Positions 1-15,690 of a DNA stretch of 64,000 nucleotides are shown in pieces. Every line of letters starts with the position of its first letter. The first letter of the stretch is position 1. The stretch comes from the human T2T-CHM13v2.0 reference genome, Homo sapiens. The stretch lies in the NCBI RefSeq assembly GCF_009914755.1, contig NC_060941.1; one strand, written 5' to 3'. The notes below the pieces were generated by a model. That model was given only the letters and a program-made list of their open reading frames with translations, searched no databases and was not told the origin of the DNA. A program made the position numbers and the translations under genes.

Positions 1-3000
1 TTGCATTCCATTCCATTCCATACCATTCCATTCCATTCCAGTTGATGCAAATACTTTGTATTCGATTCAATTCCATTCCATTCCACTCCGTTCCCTTCCA
101 TTCTATTCCATTCCATTGCATTCCATTCCATTCCAGTTGATTCAATACCATTCTCTTCCGTGCAATTCCATTCGATTCCACTCCATTCGATTTCATTGCA
201 TTCCACTCGGGTAGATTCCATTCCATTTCATTCCATTCCATTCCATTCCATTCATTTCCAGTTGATTCCCTTCCATTCCATTCCATTATATTCCACTCGG
301 GTTGTTTCCATCGCATTCCATTCCATTCCATTCCATTCTATTCCATTCCACTCCAGTTGAATCAATTTCATTCTATTCCATATCATTCCATTCCATTCCA
401 TTCCATACCATTCCATTCCATTCCATTCCATTCCGTTCCAGTTGATTCAATTCCATACTATTGTATTCTTTTCTATTCTATTTGATTCCATTTCATTCCA
501 TTCCTCTCGGATGGATTCCATACCATTCCATTCCATTCCGTTCCATTCCATTCGTGTTGTTTCCATTCCATTCCATTCGAATTCATTCCATTCCTCTCCA
601 TGTCACTGGGATTGATTCAATTCCATTCTAATCCATTCCATTCCACTCCATTACATTCGATAACATTACATTCCACTCAGTTTGATTCAACTCCATTCCA
701 TTCCATTCCATTCCATTCCATTCCATTCCATTCCATTCCATTCCGTTCCTTTCTATTACACGGCGGTTGATTCCATTCCATTCCCTTCCATTCTATTCCA
801 CCCGAATGGATTCAATTCCATTCTGTTCCATTCTATTCCATTCCATTCCATTCCATTCCATTCCACTCGGTTTCATTCCATTCCATTCCTTTCCATTCCA
901 TTCCACTAGGGTTGATTTCCTTACATTCCATTCGAATCCATTCCATTCCCTTCCATTCCATTCCATTCCATTCCTTTCCATTCCATTCCATTCCATTCCA
1001 TTCCATTCCACTCGGGTTGATTCCATTCCATTTCATTCCTTTCCATTCCATTCCATTCCATTCCACTCGGGTTGATTCAATTCCATTCTATTCCATTCCA
1101 TTCCGTTCCATTCCATTCCACTCGGGTTGATACCAGTCCATTCCATTCCATTCCATTCCATTCCATTCCATTCGATTTCAGTTGATTCTATTCCTTTCTA
1201 TTCCATTAAATGCCATTCCATTCCATTCCATTACATTCCAGTTAAATCCGTTATATTCCATTCCATTCAATTCCACTCGGGTTCATTCCATTCTGTTGTA
1301 TTCCATTCCATTCCATTCTATTCCATACCATTCCATTCCATTGCATTCCACTCGGGTTGATTCTATTCCATTCTGTTCCATTGCATTCCATTCCGCTCCG
1401 TTCCATTCCATTGCATTCCATTCGGGTTGATTCAATTCCATTCTATTCCATTCCATTCCATTCCTTTCCACGCGAGTTGATAAAATTCCATTCTATTCCT
1501 TTCCTTTCAATTCCATTCCATTCCATTCCACTCTGGTTGATTACATTCCATTCCATGCCGTTCTATTCCACTCGGTGTGATTCCTTTCCATTCCATTCCC
1601 TTCCATTTCAATCCATTGCTTTCCTTTCCATTCCAATTAATACAATTCCATTCTATTCGATTCCATTCCTTTCCATTCCATTCCATTCCATTCCATTCCA
1701 TTCCAGTTGATTCCATTCCATTCCTTTCGATGCCATTCCATTCCATTGCATTCCATTCCATTCCATTCCATTCCACTCAAGTTGATTCCATTCCATTCCA
1801 GTCCATTCCATTCCATTCGGATGGGTTCCATTCCATTCCATTCCATTCCTTTCCATTCCATTCCGTTCCACTCGGGTTGATTCCGTTCCAATCCATTCCA
1901 TTCCAATCCATTCCTTTCCGTTCCATTCCATTCCATTCCATTCCATTCCATTCCGTTCCATTGCACTAGTTTTGTTTCCATTCCTGTCCTTTCCATTCCA
2001 TTCAAATCCATTCCATTCCACTCCATTCCATTAGGATTGATTCAATTCCATTCTATTCCATTCCATTCCTTTCCATTCCATTACAATGCATTCCACTCAA
2101 GTTGATTCCATTCCATTCCATTCCATTCCATTGCATTCCATTCCATTGCACTCCATTCCATTCCTTTCCACTCGTGTTGATTCCATTCCGTTCCATTCCA
2201 TTCCAATACATTCCATTCCATTCCATTCGATTCCATTCCACTGGGGTTGGTTAAATTGTATTCCATTCCATTCCATACCATTCCATTCCATTCCAGTTGG
2301 TGCAAATACTTTCTATTCGATTCAATTCCATTCCATTCCACTCCGTTCCCTTCCATTCTATTCCATTCCATTGCATTCCATTCCATTCCAGTTGATTCAA
2401 TACCATTCTCTTCCGTGCAATTCCATTCGATTCCCCTCCATTCGATTTCATTGCATTTCACTCGGGTAGATTCCATTCCATTTCATTCCATTCCATTCCA
2501 TTCCATTCATTTCCAGTTGATTCCCTTCCATTCCATTCCATTATATTCCACTCGGTTTGTTTCCATCGCATTCCATTCCATTCCATTCCATTCTATTCCA
2601 TTCCACTCCAGTTGAATCAATTTGATTCTGTTCCATATCATTCCATTCCATTCCATTCCATACCATTCCATTCCATTCCATTCCATTCCATTCCGTTCCA
2701 GTTGATTCAATTCCATACTATTGTATTCTTTTCTATTCTATTTGATTCCATTCCATTCCATTCCTCTTGGATGGATTCCATACCATTCCATTCCATTCCG
2801 TTCCATTCCATTCGTGTTGTTTCCATTCCATTCCATTCCATTCCATTCGAATTCATTCCATTCCTCTCCATGTCACTGGGATTGATTCAATTCCATTCTA
2901 ATCCATTCCATTCCACTCCATTACATTCGATAACATTACATTCCACTCAGTTTGATTCAACTCCATTCCATTCCATTCCATTCCATTCCATTCCATTCCA

Positions 3001-6000
3001 TTCCATTCCAATCCATTCCATTCCTTTCTATTACACGGCGGTTGATTCCATTCCATTCCCTTCCATTCTATTCCACTCGAATGGATTCAATTCCATTCTG
3101 TTCCATTCTATTCCATTCCATTCCATTCCATTCCATTCCACTCGGGTTCATTCCATTCCATTCCTTTCCATTCCATTCCACTAGGGTTGATTTCCTTACA
3201 TTCCATTCGAATCCATTCCATTCCATTCCATTCTATTCCATTCCATTCCATTCCATTCCATTCCACACGGGTTGATTCCATTCCATTTCATTCCTTTCCA
3301 TTCCATTCCATTCCATTCCACTCGGGTTGATTCAATTCCATTCTATTCCATTCCATTCCGTTCCATTCCATTCCACTCGGGTTGATACCAGTCCATTCCA
3401 TTCCATTCCATTCCATTCCATTCGATTTCAGTTGATTCTATTCCTTTCTATTCCATTAAATGCCATTCCATTCCATTCCATTACATTCCAGTTAAATCCG
3501 TTATATTCCATTCCATTCCATTCCACTCGGGTTCATTCCATTCTGTTGTATTCCATTCCATTCCATTCTATTCCATACCATTCCATTCCATTGCATTCCA
3601 CTCGGGTTGATTCTATTCCATTCTGTTCCATTGCATTCCATTCCGCTCCGTTGCATTCCATTGCATTCCATTCGTGTTGATTCAATTCCATTCTATTCCA
3701 TTCCATTCCATTCCTTTCCACGCGAGTTGATAAAATTCCATTCTATTCCTTTCCTTTCAATTCCATTCCATTCCATTCCACTCTGGTTGATTACATTCCA
3801 TTCCATGCCATTCTATTCCACTCGGTGTGATTCCTTTCCATTCCATTCCCTTCCATTTCAATCCATTGCTTTCCTTTCCATTCCAATTAATACAATTCCA
3901 TTCTATTCGATTCCATTCCTTTCCATTCCATTCCATTCCATTCCATTCCATTCCAGTTGATTCCATTCCATTCCTTTCGATTCCATTCCATTCCATTCCA
4001 TTCCATTCCATTCCACTCGGGTTGATTCCATTCCATTCCAGTCCATTCCATTCCACTCGGATGGGTTCCATTCCATTCCATTCCATTCCTTTCCATTCCA
4101 TTCCGTTCCACTCGGGTTGATTCCGTTCCAATCCATTCCATTCCAATCCATTCCTTTCCGTTCCATTCCATTCCATTCCATTCCATTCCATTCCGTTCCA
4201 TTGCACTAGTTTTGTTTCCATTCCAGTCCATTCCATTCCTTTCAAATCCATTCCATTCCACTCCATTCCACTAGGATTGATTCAATTCCATTCTATTCCA
4301 TTCCATTCCATTCCTTTCCATTCCATTACAATGCATTCCACTCAAGTTGATTCCATTCCATTCCATTCCATTCCATTGCATTCCATTCCATTGCACTCCA
4401 TTCCATTCCTTTCCACTCGTGTTGATTCCATTCCGTTCCATTCCATTCCAATAAATTGCATTCCATTCCATTCGATTCCATTCCACTGGGGTTGGTTCCA
4501 TTGCATTCCATTCCATTCCATACCATTCCATTCCATTCCAGTTGATGCAAATACTTTCTATTCGATTCAATTCCATTCCATTCCACTCCGTTCCCTTCCA
4601 TTCTATTCCATTCCATTGCATTCCATTCCATTCCAGTTGATTCAATACCATTCTCTTCCGTGCAATTCCATTCGATTCCACTCCATTCGATTTCATTGCA
4701 TTCCACTCGGGTAGATTCCATTCCATTTCATTCCATTCCATTCCATTCCATTCATTTCCAGTTGATTCCCTTCCATTCCATTCCATTATATTCCACTCGG
4801 GTTGTTTCCATCGCATTCCATTCCATTCCATTCCATTCTATTCCATTCCACTCCAGTTGAATCAATTTGATTCTATTCCATATCATTCCATTCCATTCCA
4901 TTCCATACCATTCCATTCCATTCCATTCCATTCCGTTCCAGTTGATTCAATTCCATACTATTGTATTCTTTTCTATTCTATTTGATTCCATTTCATTCCA
5001 TTCCTCTCGGATGGATTCCATACCATTCCATTCCATTCCGTTCCATTCCATTCGTGTTGTTTCCATTCCATTCCATTCGAATTCATTCCATTCCTCTCCA
5101 TGTCACTGGGATTGATTCAATTCCATTCTAATCCATTCCATTCCACTCCATTACATTCGATAACATTACATCCCACTCAGTTTGATTCAACTCCATTCCA
5201 TTCCATTCCATTCCATTCCATTCCATTCCATTCCGTTCCTTTCTATTACACGGCGGTTGATTCCATTCCATTCCCTTCCATTCTATTCCACTCGAATGGA
5301 TTCAATTCCATTCTGTTCCATTCTATTCCATTCCATTCCATTCCATTCCATTCCACTCGGTTTCATTCCATTCCATTCCTTTCCATTCCATTCCACTAGG
5401 GTTGATTTCCTTACATTCCATTCGAATCCATTCCATTCCCTTCCATTCCATTCCATTCCATTCCATTCCATTCCATTCCATTCCATTCCATTCCACTCGG
5501 GTTGATTCCATTCCATTTCATTCCTTTCCATTCCATTCCATTCCATTCCACTCGGGTTGATTCAATTCCATTCTATTCCATTCCATTCCGTTCCATTCCA
5601 TTCCACTCGGGTTGATACCAGTCCATTCCATTCCATTCCATTCCATTCCATTCGATTTCAGTTGATTCTATTCCTTTCTATTCCATTAAATGCCATTCCA
5701 TTCCATTCCATTACATTCCAGTTAAATCCGTTATATTCCATTCCATTCCATTCCACTCGGGTTCATTCCATTCTGTTGTATTCCATTCCATTCCATTCTA
5801 TTCCATACCATTCCATTCCATTGCATTCCACTCGGGTTGATTCTATTCCATTCTGTTCCATTGCATTCCATTCCGCTCCGTTCCATTCCATTGCATTCCA
5901 TTCGGGTTGATTCAATTCCATTCTATTCCATTCCATTCCATTCCTTTCCACGCGAGTTGATAAAATTCCATTCTATTCCTTTCCTTTCAATTCCATTCCA

Positions 6001-9000
6001 TTCCATTCCACTCTGGTTGATTACATTCCATTCCATGCCGTTCTATTCCACTCGGTGTGATTCCTTTCCATTCCATTCCCTTCCATTTCAATCCATTGCT
6101 TTCCTTTCCATTCCAATTAATACAATTCCATTCTATTCGATTCCATTCCTTTCCATTCCATTCTATTCCATTCCATTCCATTCCAGTTGATTCCATTCCA
6201 TTCCTTTCGATTCCATTCCATTCAATTCCATTCCATTCCATTCCACTCGGGTTGATTCCATTCCATTCCAGTCCATTCCATTCCACTCGGATGGGTTCCA
6301 TTCCATTCCATTCCATTCCTTTCCATTCCATTCCGTTCCACTCGGGTTGATTCCGTTCCAATCCATTCCATTCCAATCCATTCCTTTCCGTTCCATTCCA
6401 TTCCATTCCATTCCATTCCATTCCATTCCGTTCCATTGCACTAGTTTTGTTTCCATTCGAGTCTATTCCATTCCATTCAAATCCATTCCATTCCACTCCA
6501 TTCCACTAGGATTGATTCAATTCCATTCTATTCCATTCCATTCCATTCCTTTCCATTCCATTACAATGCATTCCACTCAAGTTGATTCCATTCCATTCCA
6601 TTCCATTCCATTGCATTCCATTCCATTGCACTCCGTTCCATTCCTTTCCACTCGTGTTGATTCCATTCCGTTCCATTCCATTCCAATAAATTGCATTCCA
6701 TTCCATTCGATTCCATTCCACTGGGGTTGGTTCCATTGCATTCCATTCCATTCCATACCATTCCATTCCATTCCAGTTGATGCAAATACTTTCTATTCGA
6801 TTCAATTCCATTCCATTCCACTCCGTTCCCTTCCATTCTATTCCATTCCATTGCATTCCATTCCATTCCAGTTGATTCAATACCATTCTCTTCCGTGCAA
6901 TTCCATTCGATTCCACTCCATTCGATTTCATTGCATTCCACTCGGGTAGATTCCATTCCATTTCATTCCATTCCATTCCATTCCATTCATTTCCAGTTGA
7001 TTCCCTTCCATTCCATTCCATTATATTCCACTCGGGTTGTTTCCATCGCATTCCATTCCATTCCATTCCATTCTATTCCATTCCACTCCAGTTGAATCAA
7101 TTTGATTCTATTCCATATCATTCCATTCCATTCCATTCCATACCATTCCATTCCATTCCATTCCATTCCATTCCGTTCCAGTTGATTCAATTCCATACTA
7201 TTGTATTCTTTTCTATTCTATTTGATTCCATTTCATTCCATTCCTCTCGGATGGATTCCATACCATTCCATTCCATTCCGTTCCATTCCATTCGTGTAGT
7301 TTCCATTCCATTCCATTCGAATTCATTCCATTCCTCTCCATGTCACTGGGATTGATTCAATTCCATTCTAATCCATTCCATTCCACTCCATTACATTCGA
7401 TAACATTACATTCCACTCAGTTTGATTCAACTCCATTCCATTCCATTCCATTGCATTCCATTCCTTTCTATTACACGGCGGTTGATTCCATTCCATTCCC
7501 TTCCATTCCATTCCACTCGGTTTCATTCCATTCCATTCCTTTCCATTCCATTCCACTAGGGTTGATTTCCTTCCATTCCATTCGAATCCATTCCATTCCC
7601 TTCCATTCCATTCCATTCCATTCCATTCCATTCCATTCCATTCCATTCCACTCGGGTTGATTCCATTCCATTTCATTCCTTTCCATTCCATTCCATTTCA
7701 TTCCTTTCCATTCCATTCCATTCCATTCCACTCGGGTTGATTCAATTCCATTCTATTCCATTCCATTCCGTTCCATTCCATTCCACTCGGGTTGATACCA
7801 GTCCATTCCATTCCATTCCATTCCATTCCATTCGATTTCAGTTGATTCTATTCCTTTCTATTCCATTAAATGCCATTCCATTGCATTCCATTACATTCCA
7901 GTTAAATCCGTTATATTCCATTCCATTCCATTCCACTCGGGTTCATTCCATTCTGTTGTATTCCATTCCATTCCATTCTATTCCATACCATTCCATTCCA
8001 TTGCATTCCACTCGGGTTGATTTTATTCCATTCTGTTCCATTGCATTCCATTCCGCTCCGTTCCATTCCATTGCATTCCATTCGGGTTGATTCAATTCCA
8101 TTCTATTCCATTCCATTCCATTCCTTTCCACGCGAGTTGATAAAATTCCATTCTATTCCTTTCCTTTCAATTCCATTCCATTCCATTCCACTCTGGTTGA
8201 TTACATTCCATTCCATGCCGTTCTATTCCACTCGGTGTGATTCCTTTCCATTCCATTCCCTTCCATTTCAATCCATTGCTTTCCTTTCCATTCCAATTAA
8301 TACAATTCCATTCTATTCGATTCCATTCCTTTCCATTCCATTCCATTCCATTCCATTCCAGTTGATTCCATTCCATTCCTTTCGATTCCATTCCATTCCA
8401 TTCCATTCCATTCCATTCCACTCAAGTTGATTCCATTCCATTCCAGTCCATTCCATTCCACTCGGATGGGTTCCATTCCATTCCATTCCATTCCTTTCCA
8501 TTCCATTCCGTTCCACTCGGGTTGATTCCGTTCCAATCCATTCCATTCCAATCCATTCCTTTCCGTTCCATTCCATTCCATTCCATTCCGTTCCATTGCA
8601 CTAGTTTTGTTTCCATTCCTGTCCTTTCCATTCCATTCAAATCCATTCCATTCCACTCCATTCCACTAGGATTGATTCAATTCCATTCTATTCCATTCCA
8701 TTCCTTTCCATTCCATTACAATGCATTCCACTCAAGTTGATTCCATTCCATTCCATTCCATTCCATTGCATTCCATTCCATTGCACTCCATTCCATTCCT
8801 TTCCACTCGTGTTGATTCCATTCCGTTCCATTCCATTCCAATACATTCCATTCCATTCCATTCGATTCCATTCCACTGGGGTTGGTTCCATTGTATTCCA
8901 TTCCACTCCATACCATTCCATTCCATTCCAGTTGGTGCAAATACTTTCTATTCGATTCAATTCCATTCCATTCCACTCCGTTCCCTTCCATTCTATTCCA

Positions 9001-12000
9001 TTCCATTGCATTCCATTCCATTCCAGTTGATTCAATACCATTCTCTTCCGTGCAATTCCATTCGATTCCCCTCCATTCGAATTCATTGCATTTCACTCGG
9101 GTAGATTCCATTCCATTTCATTCCATTCCATTCCATTCCATTCATTTCCAGTTGATTCCCTTCCATTCCATTCCATTATATTCCACTCGGTTTGTTTCCA
9201 TCGCATTCCATTCCATTCCATTCCATTCTATTCCATTCCACTCCAGTTGAATCAATTTGATTCTGTTCCATATCATTCCATTCCATTCCATTCCATACCA
9301 TTCCATTCCATTCCATTCCGTTCCAGTTGATTCAATTCCATACTATTGTATTCTTTTCTATTCTATTTGATTCCATTCCATTCCATTCCTCTTGGATGGA
9401 TTCCATACCATTCCATTCCATTCCGTTCCATTCCATTCGTGTTGTTTCCATTCCATTCCATTCCATTCCATTCGAATTCATTCCATTCCTCTCCATGTCA
9501 CTGGGATTGATTCAATTCCATTCTAATCCATTCCATTCCACTCCATTACATTTGATAACATTACATTCCACTCAGTTTGATTCAACTCCATTCCATTCCA
9601 TTCCATTCCATTCCATTCCATTCCCTTCCATTCCATTCCACTCGAATGGATTCAATTCCATTCTGTTCCATTCTATTCCATTCCATTCCATTCCATTCCA
9701 TTCCACTCGGGTTCATTCCATTCCATTCCTTTCCATTCCATTCCACTAGGGTTGATTTCCTTACATTCCATTCGAATCCATTCCATTCCATTCCATTCTA
9801 TTCCATTCCATTCCATTCCATTCCATTCCACACGGGTTGATTCCATTCCATTTCATTCCTTTCCATTCCATTCCATTCCATTCCACTCGGGTTGATTCAA
9901 TTCCATTCTATTCCATTCCATTCCGTTCCATTCCATTCCACTCGGGTTGATACCAGTCCATTCCATTCCATTCCATTCCATTCCATTCGATTTCCGTTGA
10001 TTCTATTCCTTTCTATTCGATTAAATGCCATTCCATTCCATTCCATTACATTCCAGTTAAATCCGTTATATTCCATTCCATTCTATTCCACTCGGGTTCA
10101 TTCCATTCTGTTGTATTCCATTCCATTCCATTCTATTCCATACCATTCCATTCCACTGCATTCCACTCGGTTTGATTCTATTCCATTCTGTTCCATTGCA
10201 TTCCATTCCGCTCCGTTCCATTCCATTGCATTCCATTCGGGTTGATTCAATTCCATTCTATTCCATTCCATTCCATTCCTTTCCACGCGAGTTGATAAAA
10301 TTCCATTCTATTCCTTTCCTTTCAATTCCATTCCATTCCATTCCACTCTGGTTGATTACATTCCATTCCATGCCATTCTATTCCACTCGGTGTGATTCCT
10401 TTCCATTCCATTCCTTTCCATTTCAATCCATTGCTTTCCTTTCCATTCCAATTAATACAATTCCATTCTATTCGATTCCATTCCTTTCCATTCCATTCCA
10501 TTCCATTCCATTCCATTCCAGTTGATTCCATTCCATTCCTTTCGATTCCATTCCATTCCATTCCATTCCATTCCATTCCACTCGGGTTGATTCCATTCCA
10601 TTCCAGTCCATTCCATTCCACTCGGATGGGTTCCATTCCATTCCATTCCATTCCTTTCCATTCCATTCCGTTCCACTCGGGTTGATTCCGTTCCAATCCA
10701 TTCCATTCCAATCCATTCCTTTCCGTTCCATTCCATTCCATTCCATTCCATTCCATTCCATTCCGTTCCATTGCACTAGTTTTGTTTCCATTCGAGTCCA
10801 TTCCATTCCATTCAAATCCATTCCATTCCACTCCATTTCACTAGGATTGATTCAATTCCATTCTATTCCATTCCATTCCATTCCTTTCCATTCCATTACA
10901 ATGCATTCCACTCAAGTTGATTCCATTCTATTCCATTCCATTCCATTGCATTCCATTCCATTGCACTCCATTCCATTCCTTTCCACTCGTGTTGATTGCA
11001 TTCCGTTCCATTCCATTCCAATAAATTGCATTCCATTCCATTCGATTCCATTCCACTGGGGTTGGTTCCATTGCATTCCATTCCATTCCATACCATTCCA
11101 TTCCATTCCAGTTGATGCAAATACTTTCTATTCGATTCAATTCCATTCCATTCCACTCCGTTCCCTTCCATTCTATTCCATTCCATTGCATTCCATTCCA
11201 TTCCAGTTGATTCAATACCATTCTCTTCCGTGCAATTCCATTCGATTCCACTCCATTCGATTTCATTGCATTCCACTCGGGTAGATTCCATTCCATTTCA
11301 TTCCATTCCATTCCATTCCATTCATTTCCAGTTGATTCCCTTCCATTCCATTCCATTATATTCCACTCGGGTTGTTTCCATCGCATTCCATTCCATTCCA
11401 TTCCATTCTATTCCATTCCACTCCAGTTGAATCAATTTCATTCTATTCCATATCATTCCATTCCATTCCATTCCATACCATTCCATTCCATTCCATTCCA
11501 TTCCGTTCCAGTTGATTCAATTCCATACTATTGTATTCTTTTCTATTCTATTTGATTCCATTTCATTCCATTCCTCTCGGATGGATTCCATACCATTCCA
11601 TTCCATTCCGTTCCATTCCATTCGTGTTGTTTCCATTCCATTCCATTCGAATTCATTCCATTCCTCTCCATGTCACTGGGATTGATTCAATTCCATTCTA
11701 ATCCATTCCATTCCACTCCATTACATTCGATAACATTACATTCCACTCAGTTTGATTCAACTCCATTCCATTCCATTCCATTCCATTCCATTCCATTCCT
11801 TTCTATTACACGGCGGTTGATTCCATTCCATTCCCTTCCATTCCATTCCACTCGAATGGATTCAATTCCATTCTGTTCCATTCTATTCCATTCCATTCCA
11901 TTCCATTCCATTCCACTCGGTTTCATTCCATTCCATTCCTTTCCATTGCATTCCACTAGGGTTGATTTCCTTCCATTCCATTCGAATCCATTCCATTCCC

Positions 12001-15000
12001 TTCCATTCCATTCCATTCCATTCCATTCCACTCGGGTTGATTCCATTCCATTTCATTCCTTTCCATTCCATTCCATTCCATTCCATTCCATTCCATTCCA
12101 CTCGGGTTGATTCAATTCCATTCTATTCCATTCCATTCCGTTCCATTCCATTCCACTCGGGTTGATACCAGTCCATTCCATTCCATTCCATTCCATTCCA
12201 TTTGATTTCAGTTGATTCTATTCCTTTCTATTCCATTAAATGCCATTCCATTCCATTCCATTACATTCCAGTTAAATCCGTTATATTCCATTCCATTCCA
12301 TTCCACTCGGGTTCATTCCATTCTGTTGTATTCCATTCCATTCCATTCTATTCCATACCATTCCATTCCATTGCATTCCACTCGGGTTGATTCTATTCCA
12401 TTCTGTTCCATTGCATTCCCTTCCGCTCCGTTCCATTCCATTGCATTCCACTCGGGTTGATTCAATTCCATTCTATTCCATTCCATTCCATTCCTTTCCA
12501 CGCGAGTTGATAAAATTCCATTCTATTCCTTTCCTTTCAATTCCATTCCATTCCATTCCACTCTGGTTGATTACATTCCATTCCATGCCGTTCTATTCCA
12601 CTCGGTGTGATTCCTTTCCATTCCATTCCCTTCCATTTCAATCCATTGCTTTCCTTTCCATTCCAATTAATACAATTCCATTCTATTCGATTTCATTCCT
12701 TTCCATTCCATTCCATTCCATTCCATTCCAGTTGATTCCATTCCATTCCTTTCGATTCCATTCGATTCCATTCCATTCCATTCCATTCCATTCCACTCGG
12801 GTTGATTCCATTCCATTCCAGTCCATTCCATTCCACTCGGATGGGTTCCATTCAATTCCATTCCATTCCTTTCCATTCCATTCCGTTCCACTCGGGTTGA
12901 TTCCGTTCCAATCCATTCCATTCCAATCCATTCCTTTCCGTTCCATTCCATTCCATTCCATTCCATTCCATTCCATTCCGTTCCATTGCACTAGTTTTGT
13001 TTCCATTCCAGTCCATTCCATTCCATTCAAATCCATTCCATTCCAGTCCATTCCACTAGGATTGATTCAATTCCATTCTATTCCATTCCATTCCATTCCT
13101 TTCCATTCCATTACAATGCATTCCACTCAAGTTGATTCCATTCCATTCCATTCCATTCCATTGCATTCCATTCCATTGCACTCCATTCCAATCCTTTCCA
13201 CTCGTGTTGATTCCATTCCGTTCCATTCCATTCCAATAAATTGCATTCCATTCCATTCGATTCCATTCCACTGGGGTTGGTTCCATTGCATTCCATTCCA
13301 CTCCATACCATTCCATTCCATTCCAGTTGATGCAAATACTTTCTATTCGATTCAATTCCATTCCATTCCACTCCGTTCCCTTCCATTCTATTCCATTCCA
13401 TTGCATTCCATTCCATTCCAGTTGATTCAATACCATTCTCTTCCGTGCAATTCCATTCGATTCCACTCCATTCGATTTCATTGCATTCCACTCGGGTAGA
13501 TTCCATTCCATTTCATTCCATTCCATTCCATTCCATTCATTTCCAGTTGATTCCCTTCCATTCCATTCCATTATATTCCACTCGGGTTGTTTCCATCGCA
13601 TTCCATTCCATTCCATTCCATTCTATTCCATTCCACTCCAGTTGAATCAATTTGATTCTGTTCCATATCATTCCGTTCCATTCCATTCCATACCATTCCA
13701 TTCCATTCCATTCCATTCCGTTCCAGTTGATTCAATTCCATACTATTGTATTCTTTTCTATTCTATTTGATTCCATTTCATTCCATTCCTCTCGGATGGA
13801 TTCCATACCATTCCATTCCATTCCGTTCCATTCCATTCGTGTTGTTTCCATTCCATTCCATTCCATTCCATTCGAATTCATTCCATTCCTCTCCATGTCA
13901 CTGGGATTGATTCAATTCCATTCTAATCCATTCCATTCCACTCCATTACATTCGATAACATTACATTCCACTCAGATTGATTCAACTCCATTCCATTCCA
14001 TTCCACTCCATTCCATTCCATTCCATTCCTTTTTATTACACGGCGGTTGATTCCATTCCATTCCCTTCCATTCCATTCCACTCGAATGGATTCAATTCCA
14101 TTCTGTTCCATTCTATTCCATTCCATTCCATTCCATTCCACTCGGTTTCATTCCATTCCATTCCTTTCCATTCCATTCCACTAGGGTTGATTTCCTTACA
14201 TTCCATTCGAATCCATTCCATTCCATTCCATTCCATTCCATTCCATTCCATTCCACTCGGGTTGATTCCATTCCATTTCATTCCTTTCCATTCCATTCCA
14301 TTCCATTCCACTCGGGTTGATTCAATTCCATTCTATTCCATTCCATTCCGTTCCATTCCATTCCACTCGGGTTGATACCAGTCCATTCCATTCCATTCCA
14401 TTCCATTCCATTCGATTTCAGTTGATTCTATTCCTTTCTATTCCATTAAATGCCATTCCATTCCATTCCATTACATTCCAGTTAAATCCGTTATATTCCA
14501 TTCCATTCCATTCCACTCGGGTTCATTCCATTCTGTTGTATTCCATTCCATTCCATTCTATTCCATACCATTCCATTCCATTGCATTCCACTCGGGTTGA
14601 TTCTATTCCATTCTGTTCCATTGCATTCCATTCCGCTCCATTCCATTCCATTGCATTCCATTCGGGTTGATTCAATTCCATTCTATTCCATTCCATTCCA
14701 TTCCTTTCCACGCGAGTTGATAAAATTCCATTCTATTCCTTTCCTTTCAATTCCATTCCATTCCATTCCACTCTGGTTGATTACATTCCATTCCATGCCG
14801 TTCTATTCCACTCAGTGTGATTCCTTTCAATTCCATTCCCTTCCATTTCAATCCATTGCTTTCCTTTCCATTCCAATTAATACAATTCCATTCTATTCGA
14901 TTCCATTCCTTTCCATTCCATTCCATTCCATTCCATTCCATTCCATTCCATTCCAGTTGATTCCATTCCATTCCTTTCGATTCCATTCCATTCCATTCCA

Positions 15001-15030
15001 TTCCATTCCACTCGGGTTGATTCCATTCCA

Positions 15031-15690
15031 TTCCAGTCCATTCCATTCCACTCGGATGGGTTCCATTCCATTCCATTCCATTCCTTTCCATTCCATTCCA
15101 TTCCACTCGGGTTGATTCCGTTCCAATCCATTCCATTCCAATCCATTCCTTTCCGTTCCATTGGATTCCATTCCATTCCATTCCATTCCATTCCATTCCA
15201 TTCCATTCCGTTCCATTGAACTAGTTTTGTTTCCATTCCAGTCCATTCCATTCCATTCAAATCCATTCCATTCCACTCCATTCCACTAGGATTGATTCAA
15301 TTCCATTCTATTCTATTCCATTCCATTCCTTTCCATTCCATTACAATGTATTCCACTCAAGTTGATTCCATTCCAGTCCATTCCATTCCACTCGGATGGG
15401 TTCCATTCCATTCCATTCCATTCCTTTCCATTCCATTCCGTTCCACTAGGGTTGATTCCGTTCCAATCCATTCCATTCCAATCCATTCCTTTCCGTTCCA
15501 TTCCATTCCATTCCATTCCATTCCATTCAATTCCGTTCCATTGCACTAGTTTTGTTTCCATTCCTGTCCATTCCATTCCATTCAAATCCATTCCATTCCA
15601 CTCCATTCCACTAGGATTGATTCAATTCCATTCTATTCCATTCCATTCCTTTCCATTCCATTACAATGCATTCCACTCAAGTTGATTCCA
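15031..15690 (+). repeat. Internal ~320-340 bp tandem duplication within a 2.2 kb unit
   Basis: CTCGGATGGG at 15051 and 15391, ACTAGT at 15220 and 15545, TTACAATG at 15341 and 15661. This explains the 2560 bp spacing. Confidence 0.9.

Noticed and set aside
12387-13499. Longest ORF (370 aa), and similar ones at 15812-16825 and 24417-25364
   Set aside because: They start at TTG. Their length depends on chance pentamer counts moving the TGA of GTTGA out of frame, and equivalent ORFs in sister units stop at about 117-220 aa.
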